The translations under genes were made by a program, and so were the position numbers. From the NCBI GenBank assembly GCA_039586795.1, contig JBDHJS010000013.1, positions 1 to 64,000 on the forward strand: DNA of 64,000 bases, written 5' to 3'. Positions 28,255 to 36,690 of the stretch are shown here, piece after piece. Each line of letters opens with the position of its first letter. Position 1 is the first letter of the stretch. Below the pieces are notes generated by a model. It made no database searches. It was not told the DNA's origin and saw only the letters and a program-made list of their open reading frames with translations. This DNA comes from Gemmatimonadota bacterium. Its GTDB lineage: Bacteria > Gemmatimonadota > Gemmatimonadetes > Palauibacterales > KS3-K002.

Positions 28255-29772
28255 TCACCCCATGAACAAGTTCTTCGTAGCGAAGTCCGGATCGCTCGTG
28301 AGATTCACGCCGAGCTTCCTAAGTCCGGCCTCATCGCCGGGCGTCGGCATGTGGGTCATGTGAACTTCGCAACCGCGCAGCTCCCTGAGTCCTTCCAGGG
28401 CGGCCTTGGCAGACGGGTTCGACGCGGTGCTCACGGCGAGGGCGATGAGTGCCTCTTCGGCGTCGAGGCTAACGCGTTTGCCGCTCAACACCTCCGTCTT
28501 CAGGTGCCCCAACGATTCGATGACCGACGCAGGCAAAAGGTGCTCGTCCTCGGATATGCCGGCGAGCCGCTTCGCCGCGTTTAACACGAGGCCGGCCGCC
28601 GCGTGCATCAACGGAGAGTTGCAGCCGGTCACCACCGACCCGTCCGGTAGCTCAACGGCTGCGCCGCAGTAGATACCGTCGTTGCCCCTGCCCGTGTGCT
28701 TGGCGCGCTGCGCTGCATCGCGCGCCGGTCCCACGACCTGACGGCTTTCAGGGCTTATCCCGAGATCGTTCATGAGCAGCTCGATCCGCTGCACCGAGTC
28801 GCGATCGACGAGCCCCATGGCGTGTTCGCACGCGTACCGGAAGTACCGGCGCACCACTTCCCCCTTGGCCGCTTCCTGCACGGCTACATCGTCCACGATC
28901 CCGAAACTCGCCCGGTTCACGCCCATGTCGGTGGGTGAGCGGTAGAACGAGTCTCCGCCGGTGATCCGCTCGAGAATTCGTCTGAGCAACGGGAACGCGT
29001 CGATGTCACGGTTGTAGTTCACCGCCCGCTCGTCGTGCGCCTCTAAGTGAAAGTGATCGAGCTGGTTCACGTCCTTGAGCTCGGCGGTCGCCGCCTCGTA
29101 GGCCACGTTCACCGGGTGCTTGAGCGGCAGATTCCAGATGGGGAACGTCTCGAACTTGGCGTAACCCGAGGCCAACCCGCGGTGGTGATCGTGGTACAGC
29201 TGGGATAGGCAGGTGGCGAGCTTCCCGCTACCGGGCCCGGGGCCAGTCACCACGACGATCGGCTTGTCCGTCTCGATGTACGAGTTGGCGCCATAGCCCC
29301 TGTCGCTCACGATGACGTCCACGTCGGTGGGATACCCGCGCGTGAACCCATGCGTGTAGACGCGGATACCGCGGTTCTCGAGCCGCTGCTTGAACGCGGC
29401 GGCCGCGGGCTGCTCCTCGTACCGGGTGATCACCACGGCACGAACGTGGACACCCCATTCCCCGAGGTCATCAATCAACTTGAGCGCGTCGGCGTCGTAC
29501 GTTATGCCGAAGTCGGCCCGCATCTTCTTCTTCTCGATGTCTCCGGCATAGATGCAGAGGATCACCTCGGCGCGGTCGTTGAGCCCCTGGAGCAACTTGA
29601 TCTTCACGTTTGGGTCGAACCCCGGAAGCACGCGGGCGGCGTGGTAGTCGAACAGCAGCTTGCCGCCGAACTCCAGGTAGAGCTTGTCGCCGAACCGGGC
29701 GACGCGCTCGTTGATCGCGGCTCTCTGTTGCTCGAGGTACTTCTCGTTGTCGAACCCAGCCCGCAGCTGCAT
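28255..29772 (-). CDS. DUF1846 / UPF0371 protein
   Basis: GFDNEKY, KLYLEFGGKL..D.HAARVLPG, GPGSGKLATCLSQLYH, YAKFETFPIWN, SPTDMGVN. Confidence 0.92.
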   Translation of the reverse strand: MQLRAGFDNEKYLEQQRAAINERVARFGDKLYLEFGGKLLFDYHAARVLPGFDPNVKIKLLQGLNDRAEVILCIYAGDIEKKKMRADFGITYDADALKLIDDLGEWGVHVRAVVITRYEEQPAAAAFKQRLENRGIRVYTHGFTRGYPTDVDVIVSDRGYGANSYIETDKPIVVVTGPGPGSGKLATCLSQLYHDHHRGLASGYAKFETFPIWNLPLKHPVNVAYEAATAELKDVNQLDHFHLEAHDERAVNYNRDIDAFPLLRRILERITGGDSFYRSPTDMGVNRASFGIVDDVAVQEAAKGEVVRRYFRYACEHAMGLVDRDSVQRIELLMNDLGISPESRQVVGPARDAAQRAKHTGRGNDGIYCGAAVELPDGSVVTGCNSPLMHAAAGLVLNAAKRLAGISEDEHLLPASVIESLGHLKTEVLSGKRVSLDAEEALIALAVSTASNPSAKAALEGLRELRGCEVHMTHMPTPGDEAGLRKLGVNLTSDPDFATKNLFMG

Positions 29773-29965
29773 CTAGGATCCTCCCAGGGTTACTCTGTCG
29801 GAAGTGCCCCCACACGGTACTCGGCAGCGCGCCCCGCGGCAACGTGCCCCAGCCCTCACTGCGCTCTAGAGAAGCGATGCAACAGTAAGCTCTTGGCCCA
29901 CCCTAGACAGAACAATGTGATGTGGAAGAACGAGAAGGAGACGCCCCAGCAGTACAGAAAACCTG

Positions 29966-30049
29966 GGTGGAATCGCGTTGAAGGCGCCGCAAGGCGCCTG
30001 CATACTGAACATCGCGCCGCCAGGCGCGGTGTGACTCTCCACCACCGAC
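29966..30049 (+). repeat. ~85-bp dispersed element with hairpin, copy 1
   Basis: Collinear with 33426-33511 (30/40 and 25/27 identical blocks); partial copy at 16133-16159. Confidence 0.75.
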
Positions 30050-30088
30050 TTCGCGCTATGACACAGAAGAGCCCCGCGGCAATGCAGG

Positions 30089-30136
30089 GCCCGAGTTTCC
30101 GCCAGTGATCAGCGCAACTTTGCCTTCCAGTTTCAT
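30089..30136 (-). pseudogene. 16-codon 5' remnant of an SDR gene
   Basis: Encodes MKLEGKVALITGGNSG versus MKLQGKVALITGGNSG of 11216-11977; the RBS and upstream region are also homologous. Confidence 0.8.
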
Positions 30137-30352
30137 CCGGATGCCCCTCCTCGGCGGTTTTGTATCACTAGCTTACGGTTGCGGCACTAGCCGGGTTTCG
30201 ATGGATTGGCGGCGCGCTAGCCATTGCCTTGAACCAGTTGTAGTATGCGATCGTTGGAACCTCAAGAACATGTTTTGTCTCCCGGCCTTGGGCTGCCAAA
30301 GCTGCAAAGTGCAGCATCAGGTGGCTGTTAACAGGCACAAAACGGAGGTGTG

Positions 30353-31474
30353 ATGCGCTTACCGTGCGCGGTTCGGTCTATCGCTCCCGCCGTCGCCCTG
30401 ATGGCGGCCAGCATCCTGGTGGGTTGCAGCAGCCACGTCGGCCCGGCCGATCGCGACGACATCGCCGCCTGGATGGCGTTCTACGATGTTCCGGGCGTGA
30501 GCGTCGCGGTGATCCGGGAGCTCGCTATCGACTACGTAGAGGTCCACGGCGTGAAGAGCAGAGAGACGCAGGAGCCGGTGACGGAGCACACGTTGTTCCA
30601 GGCCGCGTCACTAACAAAGGGTGTGTCCGCGGTCGGGGTGGTTCGCCTCGCGCAGGAAGGAATCGTTTCGCTGGACCGCGGCGTCAACGACTACCTCACC
30701 TCGTGGCAGGTGCCCAACAACGAGTTCCAGGCGACGGAGAAAGTCACACTGCTGCGACTGCTCAGCCACACGGCTGGGACCACGGTGTCCGGGTTCCGCG
30801 GCTACCGCTACGACGAGCCTCTGCCGACGCTGATCCAGATCCTGAACGGCGAAACGCCCGCCAACTCGCCCCCTGTCGTGGTCGAACGGGTGCCCGGCAG
30901 CGAGTTCAGCTACTCGGGAGGCGGGTATGAGATAGCGGACCAAGCGGTCCGAGACGTCACGGGGACCACGTTCCCGGATCTCATCGGGGATCGGGTGCTC
31001 GCGCCCATCGGCATGACGCACAGCACCTACGAGCAGCCGCTGCCCGCGTCGTGGCGCGACTCCGCGGCCTCAGGGTACTACGCGGACGGGACCCCCGTCC
31101 CCTGGGGTCACCATATCTACCCCGAGACTGCCGCTGCGGCGCTGTGGACTACTCCCTCCGACTACGCCCGCTTCCTAATCGAGCTTCAGCTGTCCCTACG
31201 CGGGGAGTCCAACCGGGTGCTCACCCAGGAGAATACTCAAATGCTCCTGACCGAGGTCAAGAACTCCTACGCCCTGGGATTCGGCCTGCGGTCTCTGCAC
31301 GGGCAGACGTATATCTGGCACGCCGGGGCCAACGATGGGTTTCGGGGCGGCATGCTGGCGCACCCGACCCTCGGATACGGCTTGGTCGTCCTGACCAATA
31401 GCGACCGCGGGAACGAACTGACCGAAGCGGTGATCGAGCTGATTGGGAAGCAGGAAGGGTGGCCCGGGTACTAG
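30353..31474 (+). CDS. Serine hydrolase, beta-lactamase/AmpC-like family lipoprotein
   Basis: Lipobox LVGC; FQAASLTK (SxxK), LLSHTAG, YSG, HAG; GGAGG RBS. Confidence 0.92.
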   Translation: MRLPCAVRSIAPAVALMAASILVGCSSHVGPADRDDIAAWMAFYDVPGVSVAVIRELAIDYVEVHGVKSRETQEPVTEHTLFQAASLTKGVSAVGVVRLAQEGIVSLDRGVNDYLTSWQVPNNEFQATEKVTLLRLLSHTAGTTVSGFRGYRYDEPLPTLIQILNGETPANSPPVVVERVPGSEFSYSGGGYEIADQAVRDVTGTTFPDLIGDRVLAPIGMTHSTYEQPLPASWRDSAASGYYADGTPVPWGHHIYPETAAAALWTTPSDYARFLIELQLSLRGESNRVLTQENTQMLLTEVKNSYALGFGLRSLHGQTYIWHAGANDGFRGGMLAHPTLGYGLVVLTNSDRGNELTEAVIELIGKQEGWPGY

Positions 31475-31556
31475 CTTCTTCGAGGTGGCCCTTCTCGTCT
31501 GTGAACAGTGCTGAACAAGAAAAGCCCACTAACCACTGCGGGCTGGGGTTTCCTTC

Positions 31557-31603
31557 AATGGGCCTGGGTGGACTCGAACCACTGACCTCACGCTTATCAG
31601 GCG
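31557..31603 (-). repeat. att-like duplicate of the tRNA-Ile 3' half
   Basis: 46/47 identical to 33597-33643; lacks the tRNA 5' half. Confidence 0.92.
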
Positions 31604-31906
31604 CGGCGGATCCCCCCCCAAAGCCCGACACCATACCGGAACTCCAGAGCAGACTGCGCGATTTGTCCGACATCGCTCACCTGATTCCGACCTGAGTCCG
31701 GAATCAATCGACACCACAATCGACGCCATGCGCGATCAGCCTGAAGGTGTTCGGCGTATTCGATTTCCCGGCCGTTGGCTGCAAGGGATGCGATGCACAA
31801 TCGCAGGAACCTTGCAGCTCAAGGAGTGGTTGGCTAGCGCAGAAGGGACCTCTTGCTCGGCGAGGTACTGATCCTCAGAAACCAACGGAAAGTGAGGTGT
31901 TGATAT

Positions 31907-33352
31907 ATGACCAGACGACTTCGACTTGTCCTGGTAATGGTCTCCGGCTGTCTTGTTCTGGGCCCACAACCGGCCATGGGGCAGGACAAGCCAAATATCG
32001 TCCTCGTGTTCATGGACAACTTTGGATGGGGCGAGCCGGGGTTTAACGGAGGCGGTGTCACGCGAGGTGCGGCGACGCCGCGCCTCGACAGACTGGCCGA
32101 TGAGGGACTTCGCTTGACTAACTTTAACGTCGAAGTGCAATGCACACCCTCTCGGTCGGCGCTGATGACGGGCCGTTACGCGATTCGCAGCGGGAACGCC
32201 ACGGTCCCCCTCGGCGAGGGTGTCTACGGCCTGGTGCAGTGGGAAGTGACGATGGCCGAAATGCTGTCTGAGGCAGGGTACGCGACAGGCATGTTCGGAA
32301 AGTGGCATCTCGGGCGGACCGAGGGCCGTTTTCCTACTGACCAGGGATTCGACGAATGGTATGGAGTACCGAACTCGACCGATGAGGCTGTCTATTCTTC
32401 ATTGCCCGGCTTTTCCGAGAGCGGCGTCGCCGAAACGTACGTGATGGACGCGCGGAAGGGCGGGGCACCGACCAAAGTGCGCCCCTACAACCTGGACTAC
32501 CGTCCGCTGATCGATCGCGACCTAACCGACAGGGCAGTTGATTTCATGCGGCGTCAGGTTGAAGCCGGTAAGCCGTTCTTCCTGTACCTGCCCTATACCG
32601 CGACGCACTTCCCGACGCTTCCGCATCCCGACTTCGTGGGGCGTTCAGGTAACGGTTTGTGGGCCGACCTGCTCATGCAGATCGACAGTTACACCGGCGA
32701 GTTACTGGATGCGATTGACGAACTGAGCGTTGCAGAGAACACCATCTTCGTCTTTACCGCGGACAATGGGCCAGAAGCTTCAGACTTCGAGAGCACGAAC
32801 CTGACCGTCGAGACGGCGGTCCACGGGTCGGCCGGTCCATGGCGGGGCACGCTCTTCACGGGGTTCGAAGGTGCGCTACGTGTCCCGTTTGTGGTTCGCT
32901 GGCCGGGGCGTATTGCCGCCGGCGGCTCCAGCGACGAGATCGTCCACGCCATGGATCTCTTTCCGACCTTCGCAACCATAGCGGGAGGCACCGTACCAGA
33001 CGATCGTCCTATCGACGGCCAGGACATGACCGCCTTTCTCTTCGGTGATGAGGAGAAGTCAGGTCGCGAGGGCTTCGTCGTCTACATGGGCACCGAGATC
33101 TTCGGCGTGAAGTGGCGTAACTGGAAGCTGCACTTCAAGGAGCAGGACGCGTGGTCGGATGAACTGCGCACCTACACGATGCCCCGCGTGTACAACCTCC
33201 TGAGCGATCCCCAGGAGCGTGACAACGTGATCTTTCCAAACACCTGGGTGCCCAAGGCGGCGCTCGGCCAACTGGAAGACCACGTCGCATCGCTGAAGGC
33301 GTATCCACCGATCCCCTCTGGCGCGCCGGATCCGTATGAACCGCCGAAGTGA
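31907..33352 (+). CDS. Secreted formylglycine-dependent arylsulfatase (family S1)
   Basis: Signal peptide, KPNIV, CTPSRSALMTGRY, GKWHLG, ADNG. Confidence 0.95.
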   Translation: MTRRLRLVLVMVSGCLVLGPQPAMGQDKPNIVLVFMDNFGWGEPGFNGGGVTRGAATPRLDRLADEGLRLTNFNVEVQCTPSRSALMTGRYAIRSGNATVPLGEGVYGLVQWEVTMAEMLSEAGYATGMFGKWHLGRTEGRFPTDQGFDEWYGVPNSTDEAVYSSLPGFSESGVAETYVMDARKGGAPTKVRPYNLDYRPLIDRDLTDRAVDFMRRQVEAGKPFFLYLPYTATHFPTLPHPDFVGRSGNGLWADLLMQIDSYTGELLDAIDELSVAENTIFVFTADNGPEASDFESTNLTVETAVHGSAGPWRGTLFTGFEGALRVPFVVRWPGRIAAGGSSDEIVHAMDLFPTFATIAGGTVPDDRPIDGQDMTAFLFGDEEKSGREGFVVYMGTEIFGVKWRNWKLHFKEQDAWSDELRTYTMPRVYNLLSDPQERDNVIFPNTWVPKAALGQLEDHVASLKAYPPIPSGAPDPYEPPK

Positions 33353-33425
33353 CTTCGACGTTTCCTGCCCGGGCGTGCTATCGAGGTCGTGGCAGGATCT
33401 AGAACGCAGGATGCAGGTGGGCCCC

Positions 33426-33511
33426 GGCGGACTCGCGTTTGAGGAGCCGCCAGCCACCTTCGTACACTCACACCGCGCGTCTTGGGCGCGGTGTGAGTCT
33501 CCACGACCGAC
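33426..33511 (+). repeat. ~85-bp dispersed element with a perfect 13-bp hairpin, copy 2
   Basis: Stem 33466-33478/33486-33498; homologous to 29966-30049. Confidence 0.75.
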
Positions 33512-33598
33512 CTTACCTCTTTCGTGGGAAGTCTGTATTTCAGGAGGGATGAAGAAGAGACACCATCTACCGCTCAGTGCTCACCGCATACCGATGAA

Positions 33599-33672
<74 letters not shown>

Positions 33673-33681
33673 CGGACCTTC

Positions 33682-33710
33682 ACGCTACCGGCCGGTCAAC
33701 GCCCGGTCAA
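33682..33710 (-). promoter_or_regulatory. Likely sigma70 promoter of tRNA-Ile
   Basis: TTGACC-17-TAGCGT ending 9 nt before the tRNA. Confidence 0.55.
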
Positions 33711-33754
33711 TAGCTGGGCCTGCAATATACCAAGCCGTGCCGCGCTTTCCAGCC

Positions 33755-35143
33755 TCACCAGCCGAGTCGCTGGAGCAGCAGGGTCGTCTCTTCCGGAGTC
33801 AGGTAGCGCAGCGGCCGGCCGGGGTGGTCGGCCAGCTCCCAAACGGCGGCCGCGGCGGCGGCGGCCATGCCGCGGATCGCGTTGAGCTCGATCTTGTCAT
33901 AGGTATCGGCGGCGTTGTGGTACCAGCGGGGCGAGTCGTCGGGCAGCGACGACTGCACGTAGATGGTGGGGACGCCCTCTAACAGGAAGGGCTGGTGGTC
34001 GCTGCCGGGGCCGCCGCCGTGGTTCACCTCGGCGCCGACGCCCAGGTCGCGCAGCCGGGTCTCGGTGGCCAACCGGGCGAACAGCGTGTCCGCTTCGTCG
34101 TGGCCGGTCGCGCCGTAGCCCAAAGGCGCGCCCACCATGTCCAGGTTCATCATGGCGACGGCGTTCATCAACTCGTTCGCATGCATGCCCACGTAGTAGC
34201 GCGAGCCCAGTAGACCCAACTCCTCGCCGGCGAAGAGCACGACGCGGATCGTGCGCCGCGGCCGTCGCCCGGCCTGAGTGAGCGCTTTCACCGCCGCCAT
34301 CGTCGACAATACGCCGGTCCCGTTGTCGATAGCACCGTCGCCGATGTCCCAGGAGTCGAGGTGGGCGCCGAGGATGAACACCTCGTGCCCCACTGACGGA
34401 TCGCTCCCCTTCAGCTCGCCGATGACGTTGAGGACGGTTCCCACCCGAGTCTCCGCCTCGACCCGCATCTCGAGGATCACCGGACCGCCGCCGGCGAGCT
34501 GCCGACGCAGCCAGAGTCCGTCTTCACGGGACAGCTCGAGCACCGGCAATGGCGCCGGTGGATTCGGCCAGGGCGCGACACGCGCCTGGGGCAGGCGACC
34601 CGGTTGGAAGGTGACGCGCATGAGAGCTACTGCGCCCTCATCGACGGCGCGCTGGATCAGACTGGGATCGATGGCGTCGGTCAGCCACGCCGCCCCCCTC
34701 ACCCGATCGCCGAGCGCCGCCACGCTGGCCGAGTCGCCGCGACCGATATCGACCACAGGGACCGAATCGGCGGTGATGCCCGGCGAGTAGCCGTGAGTGA
34801 TGGCGGCGATGGGTCGCAGCCGGGCGACGGCGGGTGTGACGGCGTGCACGAATGTGGCGCCGCGTCGCCAGACGGGGATGCGGACGACCTCGTAATAGAC
34901 GGTGTCCAGCCCGAAACTGCGCAGCCAGCCAGCCGCCCACGCTTCGGCCCGCGTCCCGGACGGCGTGCCCGACAACCGTCCACCGATCGTGTCGATGAGG
35001 CCCGCCGCCATGGCCGGAAGCTCCGGCGCTTCTATGGCGGCGTCGATCACGTCGTGGAGCGCGTTATCGGGCTCCTGCTGCTGAAATCTGAAGCCGGACA
35101 GGGAAATAATGAGGGCAAGAACAGCAGCGGTCCGCGGCGACAA
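33755..35143 (-). CDS. M28 family metallopeptidase with PA-like domain (carboxypeptidase Q-like)
   Basis: GAHLDSWD, GAIDNGTG, GEELGLLGS, NLDM, SDH, YHNAADT; start uncertain (TTG 35143). Confidence 0.9.
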   Translation of the reverse strand: MSPRTAAVLALIISLSGFRFQQQEPDNALHDVIDAAIEAPELPAMAAGLIDTIGGRLSGTPSGTRAEAWAAGWLRSFGLDTVYYEVVRIPVWRRGATFVHAVTPAVARLRPIAAITHGYSPGITADSVPVVDIGRGDSASVAALGDRVRGAAWLTDAIDPSLIQRAVDEGAVALMRVTFQPGRLPQARVAPWPNPPAPLPVLELSREDGLWLRRQLAGGGPVILEMRVEAETRVGTVLNVIGELKGSDPSVGHEVFILGAHLDSWDIGDGAIDNGTGVLSTMAAVKALTQAGRRPRRTIRVVLFAGEELGLLGSRYYVGMHANELMNAVAMMNLDMVGAPLGYGATGHDEADTLFARLATETRLRDLGVGAEVNHGGGPGSDHQPFLLEGVPTIYVQSSLPDDSPRWYHNAADTYDKIELNAIRGMAAAAAAAVWELADHPGRPLRYLTPEETTLLLQRLGW

Positions 35144-35198
35144 AAGACGAGAGGGCCAGGCGGGCCCTCGGCCGGCGCTGCCTACTACCGGATGCTCG

Positions 35199-35450
35199 TC
35201 ACTCCCACTCGGTGCGACGGCGACGACGGGTAGCGACGTCGTCGTATCCTTCTTCGTACTCGTACTCCTGGAACTCGTCAGCCCAATCCTCCTCGTCCTC
35301 CTCCTCCTCACCTTCCTCGAACTCTTCCTCGTCGAGATCGAGACCCTCCTCATCGTACTCGCCGCCGTACTCGTCCAAACTGTAGTCGTCTGCGCTGCGC
35401 GCGCTCAAGAATCCGCCCGGGTCGAGCGACCGATCCTCTAACGAGCTCAT
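35199..35450 (-). CDS. 83-aa highly acidic protein with a poly-Arg C-terminal patch
   Basis: AGGAGG RBS before ATG 35450; D/E/Y-rich body; ends RRRRRTEWE. Confidence 0.7.
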   Translation of the reverse strand: MSSLEDRSLDPGGFLSARSADDYSLDEYGGEYDEEGLDLDEEEFEEGEEEEDEEDWADEFQEYEYEEGYDDVATRRRRRTEWE

Positions 35451-35664
35451 TTTCCTCCTCCTGATAATTCTCCTGGTCTGAGTTTCGTCTTCCGAACGAC
35501 TACACCCCTTGTTCGCTGAATAATAACGGGCGTTTTTTTTGTCAAGCACTTGTTGTTTCGCCGCATCGCCGACCGCCGTTGCCCGCCGGTGGAGTGACGG
35601 AGATATTGAGCGAACAAACCTGCACAAGATCGAAAGGATTGACGGCGGTGATATGTTAGAATCG

Positions 35665-36666
35665 ATGACCCCGCAACATCTGAAGCGATCGGTTCTCGTC
35701 TTTGCGTTGGCCCCCGCCCTGCTGTCGCTGCCGGGGTGCAAGGCCCCCCAGTCGTTCGGTGACCGTCACGCCGTCATCGTCCGCGCCGAGCCCGGACTAT
35801 GGGCCGAGGTCGAGTCGGACGTGCTGGAAGCGCTGGAGCAGACGGTCTTCACCACACGATCGGAGCGGAAGTTCAAGGTGACGTTCATCGGAACGGACGA
35901 TCCGGACTGGGCCAGTCTCCGCCTGTGGCAGCAGATCCTCCTGATCGGTTCCACCGACGACCCGATCGTCGCGGAAACCGTGAATTCCGACGTCGTGGCG
36001 CCGGCGCTCGTCCAGACAACAGAATTGTGGGCGCGGGCCCAGACCGTAACGGTCCTCTACCTACCTCAGGACAGTCAGGCCGAAGCCGTCCGCGAGCTAT
36101 TGCCCGGACTGTACGACACGCTGGCGGAGCAGTACGAGGAGTGGGTGATCGAGCGCATGTTCGTTACCGGCGTCAATGACTCGCTGAGCTCCGCCCTGGC
36201 CGAGTTGGGGTTCACGCTCCAGGTGCCCAACGTCTACATGGTCAGCCGGGATGAATCGGTGATCCGCCTGGGCAATCCGTACCGTCAGGGCGACACTGAC
36301 CTGCTGCGCTCGCTGCTCATCACCTGGGAAGACGGCGCACGGGACCTGACGCCGGACGAACTGCGCAGTTGGCGTGCGACGATCGGCGAGTCACGGTACA
36401 CGACACCGCAAGAAATCCAGGAAGACGGTTTCCGCTACGCCGAGATCGAGGTGGACGGACGACCGGGTCTGGAGATCCGCGGCGTGTGGAAGGATCGCGA
36501 CGAGATACCGGCGGCGGGACCGTTCATCACCCGGGCAATTCCCTGCCGCAATCAAGCACGGACCTACTACATAGACGCGTGGCTGTTCGCACCCTCGGTA
36601 GACAAGTACCCGTATGTGCGGCAGCTCGAGATACTTCTCGACTCTTTTAGATGCGTTGGGAATTAG
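35665..36666 (+). CDS. DUF4837-like lipoprotein
   Basis: Lipobox LPGC; WARAQ, EIRGVW, AGPFIT, KYPYVRQLE. Confidence 0.75.
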   Translation: MTPQHLKRSVLVFALAPALLSLPGCKAPQSFGDRHAVIVRAEPGLWAEVESDVLEALEQTVFTTRSERKFKVTFIGTDDPDWASLRLWQQILLIGSTDDPIVAETVNSDVVAPALVQTTELWARAQTVTVLYLPQDSQAEAVRELLPGLYDTLAEQYEEWVIERMFVTGVNDSLSSALAELGFTLQVPNVYMVSRDESVIRLGNPYRQGDTDLLRSLLITWEDGARDLTPDELRSWRATIGESRYTTPQEIQEDGFRYAEIEVDGRPGLEIRGVWKDRDEIPAAGPFITRAIPCRNQARTYYIDAWLFAPSVDKYPYVRQLEILLDSFRCVGN

Positions 36667-36690
36667 GGCAGTCCTCACAACAACATAGAC

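Noticed and set aside
30353..31474. Antibiotic-resistance beta-lactamase
   Set aside because: The motifs fit the broad serine hydrolase family and do not show beta-lactam hydrolysis.
31529..31620. Second functional tRNA-Ile
   Set aside because: Only the 3' half is present; no D-arm or 5' acceptor strand.
31604..31900. Integrase remnant next to the att repeat
   Set aside because: No R...HxxR...Y pattern in any frame I could read; the short ORFs are uninformative.
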